From an uncultured Acidimicrobiales bacterium (lineage in GTDB: Bacteria > Actinomycetota > Acidimicrobiia > Acidimicrobiales > CAWCAL01), in the NCBI GenBank assembly GCA_963793475.1, contig CAWCAL010000013.1, positions 6,614 through 70,613 of the forward strand: a DNA stretch of 64,000 nt. Direction: 5' to 3'. Made by a program: the position numbers and the translations under genes. Shown here piece by piece: positions 48,586 through 57,223 of this stretch (position 1 is its first letter; each line of letters opens with the position of its first letter). The notes under the pieces are model-generated. The model saw only the letters and a list, made by a program, of their open reading frames with translations. It searched no databases and was not told the origin of the DNA.

Positions 48586-49832
48586 GACCGAATCTGTCCT
48601 TCGCCGCGGACCACGTACTTGGCCGTCGTCAACTGGCGCAGCCCCATCGGACCCCGGGCGTGCAGCTTCTGGGTGCTGATGCCGATCTCGGCTCCGAAGC
48701 CGAACTCCTCGCCATCCACGAACCGCGTCGACGCGTTGACGAGCACGGCCGCGGCATCCACCCGATCGAGGAACGCGTCGGCCGCACCCAGATCGGCGGT
48801 GACGATGGCCTCGCTGTGGCCCGAGCTGTGCTCGTTCACGTGCTGGATGGCCTCGTCGAGGGAGTCGACCACCCGGACCGATGCCTTCAGCTCGAGGAAC
48901 TCACGGCTGAAGTCGCCCTCCTCGAGCGGGCCGATTGCAGGGACGATCTCCCGAGCCCGATCGTCGCCCACCAGCTCGACCCCGTCGAGGGCGTCGGCGA
49001 CCCTGGGCAGGAAGGCGGGTGCGACGTCGGCGTGGACCACCAGCGATTCCATCGCATTGCAGACCGACGGCCGCTGCATCTTGGCGTTGACGACGATGTC
49101 GGTCGCCATCGCGAGATCGGCGGCCCGGTCGACGTACACGTGGCAGTTGCCGTCGCCGTCGATCACGTACGGCACAGTGGCGTGGTCGAGAATCGATTGG
49201 ATCAGTGCCGGGCCGCCCCGCGGGATGAGGCAGTCGACGAACCCCCGTTGTTGCATGAAGGTCACCGCACCCTCGCGGCTGGTGTCGGGCACCAAGACCA
49301 ACGCATCGGCGGGCAGGCCGACCTTCTCGTAGGCCGAGCGGAGGATCGACTCGATCGCCGTGTTCGAGGCGATGGCGGCCGAGGAGCCCCGGAGAAACGC
49401 GGCATTGCCGGACTTGAGACAGAGCGCCGCCGCGTCACTGGTGACGTTGGGCCGCATCTCGTAGATGATGGCGACGACCCCGAGGGGCGTCCTGACCCGG
49501 CTGATCCTGAGCCCGTTGGGGCGGACCCACCCGTCGAGCACCTCGCCGACCGGGTCCGGAAGTGTGGCCACCTGCCGAAGGCCGGCGGCCATGCCGGCGA
49601 TCTTGGCCGAGGTCAGCTGCAGCCGATCCAGCAGCGTGGCGGCGACACCGTTGGCCCGGGCGGTGGCCAGATCCCGTTCATTGGCGTCGAGGACGGCCGA
49701 TTCGTCGGCGACGAGCAGGTCGGCTGCAGTCACCAGCGCGTCGTTGCGCACATCGGTCGACGAGCGAGCAACCAGGCGACTGGCCGCCTTGGCCCGGCGG
49801 GCCAGTTCGGGGATGGCGGGATCGGTGGACAT
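48582..49832 (-). CDS. proA: Glutamate-5-semialdehyde dehydrogenase
   Basis: ATG at 49832 (MSTDPAIPELARRAKAASRL...). It has the aldehyde dehydrogenase fold with catalytic Cys context (RPSVCNAMESLVVH). 416 aa and intact. Confidence 0.95.
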   Translation of the reverse strand: MSTDPAIPELARRAKAASRLVARSSTDVRNDALVTAADLLVADESAVLDANERDLATARANGVAATLLDRLQLTSAKIAGMAAGLRQVATLPDPVGEVLDGWVRPNGLRISRVRTPLGVVAIIYEMRPNVTSDAAALCLKSGNAAFLRGSSAAIASNTAIESILRSAYEKVGLPADALVLVPDTSREGAVTFMQQRGFVDCLIPRGGPALIQSILDHATVPYVIDGDGNCHVYVDRAADLAMATDIVVNAKMQRPSVCNAMESLVVHADVAPAFLPRVADALDGVELVGDDRAREIVPAIGPLEEGDFSREFLELKASVRVVDSLDEAIQHVNEHSSGHSEAIVTADLGAADAFLDRVDAAAVLVNASTRFVDGEEFGFGAEIGISTQKLHARGPMGLRQLTTAKYVVRGEGQIRS

Positions 49833-49893
49833 CGAGCGAAGCGTACCGCCGTTCTTCGCGCCGGACCGTCCGGGCCGGTATCGTCCGGCGAGG

Positions 49894-51303
49894 ATGAACG
49901 CGGACAAGGGCCTCAAGGCCGCCGTCGACACCTACGTCGACACACTCAGCAACGTACTCGACGTGATCGTCGACCGGCTCGAGGGCTTCGACCGGTCCTC
50001 GCTCCGTCGCGACGTCGCGCTGGAGTCGTTCAAGCTGTCCTCGGCCTTCATCGACGCCGACGACGTGCACACCAACGAGGAGATCGACGCCTTCCTCCTC
50101 GCCTACGTCGATCTCATCCCCCAGCTGGCCGGCGTCGACCGGACCCGCCTGCGGGCCGAGGGAACGTTGCGTGGCGCCAAGGACTGGCTCAAGGAGCCCT
50201 CGGTCCTGTTCGACATCCTGGTCAAGACCGACACCAGGGAGGGCAGCAACTACTCGTACGTGTACTACGAGCAGGCGATGGCCGTGGCCCACACCGTCGT
50301 CTCCCTCGATCCGTACACCTCGGCCGCAGAGCTCGCCGCCATCCAGAAGTTCCGCTCGCTGCTCCTGGGGACCATCCGCGGTCGCGGGGTCGTCGCCAGC
50401 CGGGCCGCGACGGCCGATCCCGGCGACCCGCGGGTCGCCGACGACGCGGAGATGGGCGAGCCGCGACCCATCGAGGAGCTGCTCGACGAGCTCGACGAGC
50501 TGATCGGCCTCGACGGCGTCAAACGCGAGGTGAAGCTGGTCAGCGACCTCCTCCAGGTCCAGAGGTTGCGGGAGGAGCGCGATCTCCCGGTGATGGACCA
50601 ATCCCGGCACCTCGTGTTCACCGGAAACCCGGGGACCGGCAAGACCACCGTGGCCCGGCTCCTGGCCCAGATCTATCGCACGCTCGGCGTCGTCGACCGC
50701 GGGCACCTGATCGAGACCGACCGGAGCGGGCTGGTGGCCCGTTACGTCGGCCACACCGCCGTCAAGGTGCGCGAGGTGTTCGACCAGGCGGACGAGGGTG
50801 TGCTCCTGATCGACGAGGCGTACGCGCTGGCCCGCGGCGGGGAGAACGACTTCGGTATGGAGGCGATCGACGCCATCGTCAAGCTGGTCGAGGATCGCCG
50901 GAAATCCATGGTCTGCATCGCCGCCGGCTACCCGGTCGAGATGAAGGAGTTCATCGACGCCAACCCCGGACTGCGGTCCCGCTTCCCGAAGGTCATCGAG
51001 TTCCCCGACTACGAGACCGACGAGCTGGTCGAGATCTTCGGACTCATCGCCGACAAATCCCACTACGAGGCCGACGACGAGGCCGACGAGGCGATTCGCG
51101 CCTGGCTCGAGGCTCAGCCCCGGGAGAAGGGGTTCGGCAACGGCCGGTTGGCTCGCAATCTCTTCGAATCGGCGGTCGCTCGTCAGGCGACACGGATCGT
51201 CAGGATCGACGACCCCAGCGACGACGACCTCATCACGCTCACCTCTCAGGACATCCCCGGCCCCGGTGAGTCTCTCGATCACCGGGAGGAGCCACCCGAA
51301 TGA
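49894..51303 (+). CDS. AAA+ ATPase of the CbxX/SpoVK/EccA-type clade with a ~230-aa N-terminal domain (tentatively TerB-like)
   Basis: ATG at 49894. The C-terminal half shows LVFTGNPGTGKTTVARLLA, VLLIDEAYAL and PGLRSRF. The N-terminal half has two A-x3-[AL]-D-x6-E-type segments (AFIDADDVHTNEEIDAF; VVSLDPYTSAAELAAI). Confidence 0.85.
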   Translation: MNADKGLKAAVDTYVDTLSNVLDVIVDRLEGFDRSSLRRDVALESFKLSSAFIDADDVHTNEEIDAFLLAYVDLIPQLAGVDRTRLRAEGTLRGAKDWLKEPSVLFDILVKTDTREGSNYSYVYYEQAMAVAHTVVSLDPYTSAAELAAIQKFRSLLLGTIRGRGVVASRAATADPGDPRVADDAEMGEPRPIEELLDELDELIGLDGVKREVKLVSDLLQVQRLREERDLPVMDQSRHLVFTGNPGTGKTTVARLLAQIYRTLGVVDRGHLIETDRSGLVARYVGHTAVKVREVFDQADEGVLLIDEAYALARGGENDFGMEAIDAIVKLVEDRRKSMVCIAAGYPVEMKEFIDANPGLRSRFPKVIEFPDYETDELVEIFGLIADKSHYEADDEADEAIRAWLEAQPREKGFGNGRLARNLFESAVARQATRIVRIDDPSDDDLITLTSQDIPGPGESLDHREEPPE

Positions 51304-52010
51304 TCCGGTACCGCCGATTCCTCCATCCCCTCATCCTCGTCATCGCCGTGCTGGTGGGCGCGCTCGGCCTGGCCTCCGCCGGGCTCGCCGGCCTGATCCT
51401 GGGCCTGCTCGTCGGGTACGCGCTCGGCTTCACCACCGCGGTCATCCTCCGACACCGTGACACCGAACGAATCGATCCCTTCGCTCTCAACGAACCGTGG
51501 CGCTTCTTCGTCCGGGACGCCCTGCAGGCCCGCAATCGCTTCCGCTCGACCATCGAGACCCTGGACGACGGGCCCATCGCCGACCGACTCCGGGCGATGG
51601 GCGCGCAGATCGACGCGGGCGTCGAGGAATCCTGGAGGATCGCCCGCCGGGGCCAGGCCATCGCCGACTCCCGTCGCACCATCAAGCGGGACAAGGTCGA
51701 GCGGCAGATCGCCGAACTCGAGGCCGAAGGCGCCGATGCGAGCACCGACCGGCGCCTCGAGTCTCTCGAGAGTCAGCTGGCGTCCAGCAACCGCCTGGGC
51801 GACGTGCTCGCCGATGCCGAGCGGCGACTGAAGATCCTCGACACCCGGCTCGAACAGTCGGTGACCCGGGCCATCGACGTGTCCGCCAGCCTCGGTGACG
51901 ATCTCGCCCTCTCGACGGTCGAAGAGGACATGACCTTCCTGGTCGACGAGCTGGAGGCTCTCCGCGAAGCGCTCGACGACACCGAAGGCCCGACGCTCGG
52001 GACCGGGTGA
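51300..52010 (+). CDS. Membrane-anchored coiled-coil protein (2 predicted TM helices, then a long helical region)
   Basis: ATG at 51300 overlaps the AAA+ stop (ATGA). Hydrophobic segments are LILVIAVLVGALGLASAGLAGLILGLLVGYALGFTTAVIL. The heptad-like region is RQIAELEAEG...LESLESQLASSNRL...RLKILDTRLEQ. No family was recognised. Confidence 0.6.
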   Translation: MIRYRRFLHPLILVIAVLVGALGLASAGLAGLILGLLVGYALGFTTAVILRHRDTERIDPFALNEPWRFFVRDALQARNRFRSTIETLDDGPIADRLRAMGAQIDAGVEESWRIARRGQAIADSRRTIKRDKVERQIAELEAEGADASTDRRLESLESQLASSNRLGDVLADAERRLKILDTRLEQSVTRAIDVSASLGDDLALSTVEEDMTFLVDELEALREALDDTEGPTLGTG

Positions 52011-53662
52011 CCACCGACCCCACGGCCGGTCCGGACTCCGGACGATCACAGCGAGCGGCCACGCTCGTCTCCGCCGGCATCTTCCTCTCCCGTATCTCGG
52101 GACTGATCCGGACCCAGCTGACGGCGGCCGTGCTGGGCGGTGGAGGTGTGGCGGACGCCTTCGTCGCTGCGTTCCGGATCCCGAACCTGCTCCAGAACCT
52201 GCTGGGCGAGGGCGTGCTGTCGGCTTCGTTCATCCCGGTCTACTCCCAGTCGTTGGAGGCCGGCGACCGGAAGCGATCGAGCCAGCTCGCCGGCGCAATC
52301 GGCGGGCTCCTGGGTCTGGCGTCGACGGTCATCGTGGTCGTCGGCATCGTGGCGGCACGGCCGATCGCCAGCCTGCTCGTGTGGGGGTTCGAGGGTGAGA
52401 CCTTCGAGCTGACGGTCAGCCTGATCCGGATCATGTTCATCGGCACCGGGTTTCTCGTGCTGTCGGCCTGGTGCCTCGGGATCCTCAACAGCCACCGGAA
52501 GTTCTTCCTCTCCTACGTCGCTCCCACCATCTGGAACGGGGCGCAGATCGTCGTGCTCGGCATGGTGGCCATCCTCGGGTGGTCGACGCGGTCGGCGGCC
52601 GAGGCGCTGGCCTGGGGTGTCGTCATCGGGGGAATCCTCCAGTTCGCGATCCAGCTGCCGTCGGTGCGGGCGGTGGCCCCCGACCTCCGGCTCTCGATCA
52701 GCCGCGCCTATCCCGGCGTCGACGAAGTCCTGTCCCGCTTCGGCCCGGCCGTACTGGGTCGGGGCGTCGTCCAGCTGGCGGCGTATCTCGATCTCCTCCT
52801 GGCCTCGTTCCTGTTCACCGGGGCGGTGGCCGCCCTCGGCTACGCCCAGGTGCTGTACCTGCTGCCGATCAGTCTCTTCGCGATGAGCGTGGCCGCGGCC
52901 GAGCTGCCCGAGCTGTCCCGATCCGCAGAGGACGATCCCGCCGTGATCCGTCGGGTCCAGATCGGGCTCGAGCGGGTCGGGTTCTTCGTGGCCTTCGTGG
53001 TCGCCGCCTACCTGGCCGCAGGGCGCACGATCGTCGAGGCGCTGTTCGAACGGGGCGAATTCGGGCCGTCGGACACGACCGTCGTCACCCTCGTCCTCGG
53101 CGCCTACTCGCTCGGGCTCCTGGGCATCTCGGCCAGCCGGCTGGTGCAGAACGCCCTGTACGCCAAGGGCGACGTCCGCGGCCCGGCCCGCATCGCCGCG
53201 ATCCGCGTGGCGGTGGCGGCCGCCATCGGCCTGGCGCTGATGTTGCCGCTCGACGGCGTCACCGTGGCGCCCGACGGCACCATCGGAGGCACCATCCCGG
53301 ACGTGGACCAGGGCGTCGCCGCCGACCTCGGATGGCGCACGCTGGGCGCTGTCGGTCTGGCGTTGGGATCCGCCGTAGGTGCCTGGCTCGAGTTCGGGCT
53401 GCTCCGGCACCGGCTCCGCGCCGCCCTCTCCGACGGGATCAGGATCTGGCGGAGCGTGGCCCGCTCCCTGCCCGCCGCGGCGGTCGGTCTGGGGACCATG
53501 GCCATCCTGGGCGAGCTGACCGAAGGGTGGCCCGCGTTGGTGGCCGTCGTCGCCGTCGTCGGGCTCGGTGGCGTCGTCTACGTGGGGGTCAGCCTGGTGA
53601 AGGGCCCGCCCCAGGCCGCGCAGACCCTCGACGCGGTCCGCGGGCGCCTCTCCCGGCACTGA
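52007..53662 (+). CDS. murJ: Lipid II flippase MurJ (MviN family)
   Basis: GTG at 52007 overlaps the upstream stop (GTGA). The sequence SAGIFLSRISGLIRTQLTAAVLGGGGVADAFVAAFRIPNLLQNLLGEGVLSASFIPVY is followed by about 14 TM helices. 551 aa. Confidence 0.9.
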   Translation: MTTDPTAGPDSGRSQRAATLVSAGIFLSRISGLIRTQLTAAVLGGGGVADAFVAAFRIPNLLQNLLGEGVLSASFIPVYSQSLEAGDRKRSSQLAGAIGGLLGLASTVIVVVGIVAARPIASLLVWGFEGETFELTVSLIRIMFIGTGFLVLSAWCLGILNSHRKFFLSYVAPTIWNGAQIVVLGMVAILGWSTRSAAEALAWGVVIGGILQFAIQLPSVRAVAPDLRLSISRAYPGVDEVLSRFGPAVLGRGVVQLAAYLDLLLASFLFTGAVAALGYAQVLYLLPISLFAMSVAAAELPELSRSAEDDPAVIRRVQIGLERVGFFVAFVVAAYLAAGRTIVEALFERGEFGPSDTTVVTLVLGAYSLGLLGISASRLVQNALYAKGDVRGPARIAAIRVAVAAAIGLALMLPLDGVTVAPDGTIGGTIPDVDQGVAADLGWRTLGAVGLALGSAVGAWLEFGLLRHRLRAALSDGIRIWRSVARSLPAAAVGLGTMAILGELTEGWPALVAVVAVVGLGGVVYVGVSLVKGPPQAAQTLDAVRGRLSRH

Positions 53663-53702
53663 CCGCTCGATGGGCCCCGTCGACCGCTCGACGGGCCCCG
53701 TC
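53661..53702 (+). repeat. 21-bp tandem direct repeat immediately upstream of pspA
   Basis: gaccgctcgatgggccccgtc at 53661..53681 and gaccgctcgacgggccccgtc at 53682..53702, with 1 mismatch. The first unit overlaps the last two bases of the murJ stop codon; the pair ends 35 nt before the pspA ATG. Confidence 0.85.
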
Positions 53703-53736
53703 GCCAACTCCTCCACCCGGCACTAGAGTCCTCCGC

Positions 53737-54540
53737 ATGATCAAGGCATTGAAGCGCTGGTGGAAGTACCTCGGAGCCAAGCTCGGCGGCACGCTGGAGG
53801 AGCGGGCCGACCCGAAGGTCCAGCTCGAGCAGGCGATCCAGGAGGCGCAGGAACAGCACCGCCGCCTCAAGGAGCAGGCCGCGTCGGTCATCGCGAATCA
53901 GAAGCAGACCGAGATGCGCCTCAACCGGGCCATGGAGCAGTACGAGAAGCTCAACGCCAACGCCCGCCAGGCGGTCATGATGGCGGACGAGGCCCAGAAG
54001 AAGGGCGATGCCGCCAAGGCCACCGAGTACACCAACGCGGCCGAGTCGTTCGCCAACCGGCTCATCGCCATCGAGGGCGAGGTCGAGGACCTCAAGCAGC
54101 TCCAGCTCCAGGCCACCCAGGCCGCCGACCAGGCCAAGGCCGCGGTGAGCCAGAACTCCATGGCCCTGCAGAAGAAGCTGGCCGAGCGTCAGCAGCTCCT
54201 GAGCCAGCTCGATCAGGCCAAGATGCAGGAACAGATGAACACCGCCATGAGCAGCCTGCAGGAGACGGTGGGCGAGGACGTGCCGACCTTCAGCGAGGTG
54301 CGCGACAAGATCGAGCGGCGATACGCCAAGGCCCAGGGAGCCTCCGAGCTGGAGGGCGCCACCGTCGAGTCCAAGATGATCGAGGTCGAGCAGCAGGCGC
54401 TCAACATCGAGGCCAAGACCCGGCTCGAGGAGATCCGCTCGCAGCTCGGGCTGGACACCGAGGCCGCCGAGGTGGCGACCGCCACCGAGCCGGCATCGGA
54501 GCCCGCTGCTGAAGGCGGCGGCGAGACCGCTACGAGCTAG
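53737..54540 (+). CDS. pspA: PspA/IM30 family membrane-stress protein
   Basis: ATG at 53737. The sequence MIKALKRWWKYLGAKLGGTLEERADPKVQLEQAIQEAQEQHRRLKEQAASVIANQKQ... is a long coiled coil typical of PspA/IM30. 267 aa. Confidence 0.9.
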   Translation: MIKALKRWWKYLGAKLGGTLEERADPKVQLEQAIQEAQEQHRRLKEQAASVIANQKQTEMRLNRAMEQYEKLNANARQAVMMADEAQKKGDAAKATEYTNAAESFANRLIAIEGEVEDLKQLQLQATQAADQAKAAVSQNSMALQKKLAERQQLLSQLDQAKMQEQMNTAMSSLQETVGEDVPTFSEVRDKIERRYAKAQGASELEGATVESKMIEVEQQALNIEAKTRLEEIRSQLGLDTEAAEVATATEPASEPAAEGGGETATS

Positions 54541-54740
54541 TCAACGTCGGGCTTTGCTGTCCTTTCCGGGAGGGGACACGGCACCGTCTCGTTCGCTGGT
54601 CTGCGCCAACCGCTCACTCCGCCGGCACCGTCCCCCCTCCCTGTCGCGTCCTGTCTTCCGCCTGACCGTGTCTCCGCAGGCGGCGGCGACCTGACAGAGG
54701 CTGAGGGCGCATCCGGCTCGGTGGGTGGGTTTGGGGAGTC

Positions 54741-55835
54741 CTACGGCAGGACGACGAGGTCGTCTCGGTGGACGACGTAGCGGGCTACTCCGTCGGGGAG
54801 GTCGGCGCTGTGGCGGCCGCGGAGGCCGTCGAGCACCGTCGAGCCGACCCGGACCATCCCCTTGGCGCACACTGCGCCGTCGGGTCCCACGATCTCCACT
54901 GCGTCGTCGATCTCGAACGAGCCCCGCACCCCGGTCACGCCGGCCGCGAGCAGCGATCGCTGGTGGTCGACCAAGGCCGCCCTCGCCCCGTCGTCGACCT
55001 CGATCGTCCCACTCGACGCCACCGCGAAGGCGATCCAGAGCTTGCGGGCCGACATCCGCGACTCGCGGGGCCGCACGACCGTGCCCACGCCGGCTTCGCC
55101 CGCTGCGGCTGCCGCCAGGACGCCCGTGCGGCCCGCGTCGGCGATGACGGCGGTGACCCCGGACCAACTGGCGATCTTGGCGGCGGCCAGCTTGGCCGCC
55201 ATGCCACCGCTGCCGCGGTCGGAACCGCTGCGGCCGGCGACCGCCTCGAGCTCCTGGTCGATCTCGACGATCTCCTCGATGAGCGACGCCGTCTCGTCGA
55301 ACCGCGGATCGGCCGTGAGCACGCCGGGGGTGTCGGTGAGCAGCACCAGCACGTGGGCGCCCACGAGATGGGCGACCAGGGCGGAGAGGCGGTCGTTGTC
55401 ACCGAAACGGATCTCGTCGTCGGCGATTGCGTCGTTCTCGTTGACCACGGGCACGACGTCGAGCTCCAGGAGACGTTCGAGCGTGCCCCGAGCGTGGAGG
55501 TACTGCGACCGGATCCCGAAATCCAGGGGCGCGAGCAGAACCTGGCCCGACACGATGCCGAGCTCCCCGAACGCCTCGTTGTAGACCTGCATGAGACGCG
55601 ACTGGCCGATGGCCGAGACCGCTTGGAGGGTCACCGCATCGCGGGGGCGCTGCGGGCCGTGCAGATCCACCACCGGAAGGCCCGCCGAGATGGCCCCCGA
55701 GGTGACCACCACGACCCGGGTCCCGTTGCGGCGCAGCTGCGCCACTTCGTGGCAGAACTTGACCACCGCGGCCGGATCGATGTTGCCGTGCTCGTCGGTG
55801 ATCGAGGACGTTCCGATCTTGGCCACCACGGTCAT
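54741..55835 (-). CDS. proB: Glutamate 5-kinase (with PUA domain)
   Basis: ORF 54741..55850. ATG at 55835 (MTVVAKIGTSSITDE...); GTG at 55850 is an alternative. The sequence shows VVVVTSGAISAG and a C-terminal PUA-like region. Confidence 0.95.
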   Translation of the reverse strand: MTVVAKIGTSSITDEHGNIDPAAVVKFCHEVAQLRRNGTRVVVVTSGAISAGLPVVDLHGPQRPRDAVTLQAVSAIGQSRLMQVYNEAFGELGIVSGQVLLAPLDFGIRSQYLHARGTLERLLELDVVPVVNENDAIADDEIRFGDNDRLSALVAHLVGAHVLVLLTDTPGVLTADPRFDETASLIEEIVEIDQELEAVAGRSGSDRGSGGMAAKLAAAKIASWSGVTAVIADAGRTGVLAAAAAGEAGVGTVVRPRESRMSARKLWIAFAVASSGTIEVDDGARAALVDHQRSLLAAGVTGVRGSFEIDDAVEIVGPDGAVCAKGMVRVGSTVLDGLRGRHSADLPDGVARYVVHRDDLVVLP

Positions 55836-55876
55836 GGCGTCTGATTTCACCGGCTCAGAGTAGTGGCCGGCTCTGG

Positions 55877-57126
55877 TCAGGACGGTGGTTCGTCGGCCTC
55901 GTAGTCGAACTCGAGGTCACCGATTCGGACGGTGTCGCCGGGCCGGGCCCCGGCCCGGGCCAGGGCGCGGTCCACCCCCACCTTCTTCAGCTGCTTGCGC
56001 ATGTAGATCTGCGCGTCGCCGTCGGTCAGGTCTGACAGCGCCACGGCTCGGCGAGCCGCCCGGCCGTGGACCACGAAGGCGGCGTCGTCGGCCCGGTCGA
56101 CCCAGACCCCGGGCACGTGGGGACGGATCACCGGCAGCTCCTCGGCGGCCACGGGGTCGGCCTCCCGTGCGCCGGCCACCAGTGCGGCCATGGCGCCGAC
56201 CAGTTCGGGGATCCCCTCCCCCGTCACCGCCGAGATGGCCAGCGGCCGCCGGGGCGGCCGATCGACCAGGTCGACCCGGGACTCGACCACGAGGCGGGGG
56301 CGGTCGAGGAGATCGGCCCGGAATCGTCCCAACTCGTCGAGCAAGATCCGTTCCTGGTCATCCATCGACGTGCCGTCCCACTCGGCGGCGTCGAGGAGAA
56401 CGACCAGCGCACGGGCCCGCTCGACATGGCGCAGGAACTGGTGCCCGAGCCCCCGGCCGTCGGCGGCTCCCTGGATGAGACCGGGGATGTCGGCCACGAT
56501 GATGGAGGCGCCGTCGTCCAGATCGACCACACCGAGATTGGGCTCCAGCGTCGTGAACGGATAGTCGGCGATCTTGGGGCGGGCCGCGCTGATCCGGGCG
56601 ATGAGTGTGCTCTTTCCCACGTTGGGGAACCCGACCAGTGCGACATCGGCGAAGAGCTTGAGCTCGAGCCGAAGCCACTGTTCGGCGACGACTTCACCCT
56701 GCTCGGCGAAGCTCGGCGCTCGCATCGAGTTGGACAGGAATCGGGCGTTGCCCCGGCCGCCCGTCCCCCCTTGGAAGCCAGCCAGCGCTGACCATCGACG
56801 CTGAGATCGGCCACGACGGCACCGTCCGGATCGCGCACCACCGTCCCGACGGGAACGTGCACGATCAGGTCGTCCGCGCCGGCTCCGTGGCGGCGCTTGC
56901 CCTGCCCATGCGCGCCGCTGTCCGCCCGACGGTGCGGGTGATCGCGGAACGCGAGCAGCGATGCGACGTTGTGGTCGGCCTGGAGCCAGACCGTTCCGCC
57001 GTGCCCGCCGTCGCCGCCGTCGGGTCCACCTTTGGCCACGTGGGCCTCGCGTCGCATCGAGACCGCGCCGGCTCCGCCGTCGCCGCCCTTCACACACAGA
57101 CCACACTCGTCGACGAACCCGGACAC
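55877..57126 (-). CDS. obg: GTPase Obg/CgtA; one frame break as assembled
   Basis: GTG at 57126 (SGFVDECGLCVKGGDGGAGAVSMRRE...GGPDGGDGGHGG). It continues in ORF 55877..57169 (GNARFLSN...VALVGFPNVGKSTLI...DIPGLI). Adding one C to the C-run at 56760-56762 restores the Obg motif KGGRGGRGNARF. Confidence 0.9.
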
Positions 57127-57175
57127 GCGGTGAGCATACGGGGAACCCGCCGGATGGTGGGGCTCGCACGTCCCA

Positions 57176-57221
57176 GGAGTTCCGCAGGAACTCCCGGGGA
57201 ACCCGCCGAAGGCGGGTTCCC
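57176..57221 (-). terminator. Two consecutive GC hairpins after the TadG-like gene (candidate terminator, no T-tract)
   Basis: ggagttcc-gca-ggaactcc at 57176..57194 and gggaacccgcc-gaa-ggcgggttccc at 57197..57221. They lie directly downstream (minus sense) of the stop at 57224. Confidence 0.5.
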
Positions 57222-57223
57222 GG

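Noticed and set aside
54541-54740. The 200-bp gap between convergent pspA and proB as a possible sRNA or small protein gene.
   Set aside because: There are only weak, short stems (for example ccgcctg...caggcgg), no credible promoter or terminator pair, and no ORF with coding-like composition. The gap is left unannotated.
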